Assembly (NCBI GenBank): GCA_000826855.1
Contig: JTLS01000004.1
Location: 1-62,833 of the forward strand
Origin: Basidioascus undulatus
Lineage: Eukaryota
Direction: 5' to 3'
DNA: 62,833 nucleotides
The translations under genes were made by a program, and so were the position numbers. The notes beneath the pieces were generated by a model that saw only the letters and a list, made by a program, of their open reading frames with translations, was not told where the DNA came from and searched no databases. Every line of letters begins with the position of its first letter. Within the stretch, counting starts at the first letter, position 1. Positions 60,085 through 62,833 of this stretch are shown here, piece after piece.

Positions 60085-61999
60085 ATGCCTTGCCATGCCA
60101 GGGGCAAGCCGCACCCGCGGGCCACAACACCGCTTGCAGGTGGGCGGAGCGTCTTCCTTGACCTCCCGCCTCTTGTACTGATTCCCATAGTTCGCCTTCC
60201 ACCAGTCGCCATTCCCGGATTGCTCGGCCAACCCTTGCCACTGAGCTGCTCGTCAAGATCGTCGGCTACCTCGCCACCGACATCGAGAAAGAGCACTATG
60301 TGCACCGCTCCGACACTTCCCGATTCGAGCACAGCGCTCGCTCCGCGCTCCAAGCTCTACGCCTCACCTCGAAGGTGTTCAACGCCATCTCTCGGCGGCC
60401 TCTTTTGTACTATCTGAGCCTTCCAGCCGTGCACGAGGACGGTCTCCCACGGATCGAGGCGCTCGCCCATCCGAAGAGGTGGGCGATCCTGCGTCGCATC
60501 CGGTAGGCATTCCCACAGTCAGCACGGCGGGTTTGTTGATGCTGATGTTGCATGACAAGGCATATTCGGGTCATGTGTGGAAACCCGCTCGGAGCGGAGC
60601 TCAGGGCCGCTCTGAAGCACTTGATCAAAACGAATCTACAAGCGGCGGGGTTTATCTCCGCCTATTGTGCACGCACTCGCTCTGCACCACTTTAAGAACT
60701 TCCACAAACACTTCAGCTTGGCTCGCGCGCTGGGCATTTGCACCCACGATCTGTCGCGCTTTCGTGGTCGGCTCTATGACCTTGCTCTGGAGCTTTACCG
60801 CTGCCCGCTGCCCGAACCTCACGTCTTTATATCTATCTGCAGTACACGGTTACACTGCCAAAACTGGTCTAGACCCGATGAAGGATGTACGTCATTCTGC
60901 CCCCAATAAATGTCTTTCCTCTTCGCACTGACTTGGTGCTGTGCACAAGCTGCTCGACGTCCTAGTCAAGTATGCCCGCCGCGTCACAACCCTCGCGCTC
61001 GACTTTACCCCACTGCCATATGTGACCGACCTCTCTTCTGGACCAGTAAAGGTCGGGCTGGACCGTCTCTCTCGCCATCGAGTCCGACACCGCGGCGCAC
61101 GCCGAAAGCGCGGAGGCGCGCCGCCGGATCGCAGCGGCTCAGCGAGAGCTGGACGCGGCGGAGTCTGCACTGGAAGTGCTTGCGAAGCGGGTGGTGGAGT
61201 GGAAGAGGCGGAGGAGGGAATGAGCGCGCTGACGCTTTGGGTTGTGGAGACGCTCGTCCAGCTCGAACACCGTCTTGCGGCGGTGGGAGAAGAGGGGGAG
61301 GGGGTATCGACCGCGCCGCTGGTGCGAGTACCGGCTTGGGCGTCTGGATGGCACGGTCTCCGCTCGGAAGGTGGGGGATTGGGAGACGGAGGCACCGTCT
61401 GAGGACCCTGATTGCCCGCCGTGCCTTTGGTGGTAGCAAGTGGTAGTTAGTAGTGTGGCGCAACAGGGATGTAAGGCAGGCGTGTCTGTCTTCAGCACCG
61501 CCGGCACACTCTTTGCCTTCTTTTTTGTCCCTGGCCCTTTGAGTATGGCCCAGCTGTGGACGGGCTGTTCCTCAGAAGGGCTACCCGACTCACGCACGGC
61601 AGCAGCCAGTTGCAATGCTGCCCAATGCCGCGGGCTTTTTGCAATGGCGAGTGGACATTTTGGCACATGGTAGATAATCTATTATACTTCTTTCCCACCG
61701 CCGAAAAAGCATTTATTGAGCAAGAACAGACGTACGAAGAACATTCCGCGGGGGGGAGGGGGTCGTTAGAACACACGTACCCGACTCGACAGGATCGATC
61801 GCAAGGACGAAGAAATCCGTTCAGTCTGGGGGTATATCTTCCCCTTTCTGAACAACTACAGCATTTGAATACACAAAGGCTGGCGCGTGCATGTGGGAAG
61901 GAGGTACAGCGCGAGCTTTCAATTCGGCGGGAGACCGGGGAATGGCACCTCGTGATGCATGTTCACCAAGAGGTTATAGGTGCTGACTACCTTGCGTGA
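60085..61999 (+). pseudogene. F-box-like protein, probably frameshifted
   Basis: TLATELLVKIVGYLA...ALQALRLTSKVFNAISRRPLLYYL (F-box-like), then LLDVLVKYARRVTTLALDF. The first exon and downstream segments do not join in a single frame. Confidence 0.5.
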
Positions 62000-62770
62000 A
62001 ACACTGTCTTGGGCATATGCATGCAAACATACCTCAGCGGAAAGCTTGACGAAAGGGACTCGCGAGCCGGCCTTGCTCGGCGTTCAGAGCCCTGTCGCTA
62101 CAGCGTTGACCTTGTACGATTTCTCCCCGACCCTGCAGAAGCTCATGATCCCACTGGTTCAATTCCCTACTTGAATTTGAGCCCCGGCCGTGAAGGTGCA
62201 AGCGCGTTGTAGCAGAGCAAAAGCTTTCACGCAAGCCTCAGCAGCAGCTGCTGCTGTCGCCTGTCGCCGGATGCAAAGCCCGAACGTGCGTCATTTCTCG
62301 CCCGCCGTTGCTTGTGCTTGTGCTTGTCCTCGCTCTCCATCGTCGTCCATCCTCATCCTCATCGCCATTGCCATCCTCATCCCAGACATCCCCACGCATC
62401 CCAAACAAACTATCCCTCATCCCCCGCGCCGAGCCGCGCCGCCCGTCCGAGCTTGAGTTCGCCGCCTGGCGCCCCGCACGCAGGTGGGCGACTTCACGTG
62501 CAAGTGGGTGCGCCGCCGTACAACTTGCCTCTTGTTCAATTCCGTTGCCGGTCATCGCGTTTGAACTTTTTATTTTCACAAGCAAGGACCGAAGACGATC
62601 TTCTCTTTTGCGATCTTCCTCCTCCCCTCCCCGACAGTGAGTCCCGTGCCCAACCCCAAGTGTGCCGCGGCCCCGAGCCGAAGCGCGTGCCTTGCGTCCC
62701 TTCTCCCATCCCTTCTTCTCCCCCTCCTCCTCCCCCTCTCCCCTCCTACGAGCTGGACCCCCCACACAGC

Positions 62771-62833
62771 ATGCCCGCCCACGTCCTCACCACCCTCTCC
62801 GACACGACCTCCTCGCACACGACCGAGCTCTGC
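62771..62833 (+). CDS. Probable 5' start of a gene running out of the window
   Basis: ATG CCC GCC CAC GTC CTC ACC ACC CTC TCC... has strong GC3 bias and follows a CT-rich leader and a GTGAGT(62638)...CAG(62769) intron-like element. Confidence 0.35.
   Translation, partial: MPAHVLTTLSDTTSSHTTELC

Noticed and set aside
1..62833. CRISPR arrays, rRNA, snRNA, intact transposons or prokaryotic operons
   Set aside because: No regularly spaced repeats, transposase/RT motifs, TIR/LTR pairs or rRNA-like segments were found by eye, and the DNA is spliceosomal-intron eukaryotic.

Overview
Intron-rich, GC-rich eukaryotic DNA with GT-AG introns of about 50-130 nt and CTRAC/CTAAC branch sites. Gene content fits a basidiomycete fungus; the lineage is inferred, not determined. 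Most ORFs in the supplied track are exon fragments or antisense shadows, so I spliced the genes by hand. Intact conserved genes: mitochondrial ribosomal bL33m, an AA9 LPMO, the ROM1/2-type RhoGEF, an 18-exon peroxisomal SDR, an HhH-GPD DNA glycosylase and GPATCH1. A RIM2-like carrier switches mid-protein into an unrelated reading frame. Between these genes lie lineage-specific, often decayed genes: two MYND-finger, three F-box-like, one RNase H-like, one PI-PLC-X and two atypical Hsp70 (HSPA12-like) copies. Apparently intact small or secreted genes are also present: a 58-aa Cys/His protein ending in a CaaX box, a half-Rossmann protein, a tandem pair of secreted paralogs and an acidic secreted protein with Kex2-like sites. 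The best candidate for an undescribed system is a head-to-head pair of an atypical Hsp70 and a coiled-coil protein with a GrpE/Mieap-like C-terminus. The Hsp70 gene occurs as an inverted duplication, and one copy has an internally inverted exon. I could not support any tRNA, rRNA, CRISPR array or intact transposon.
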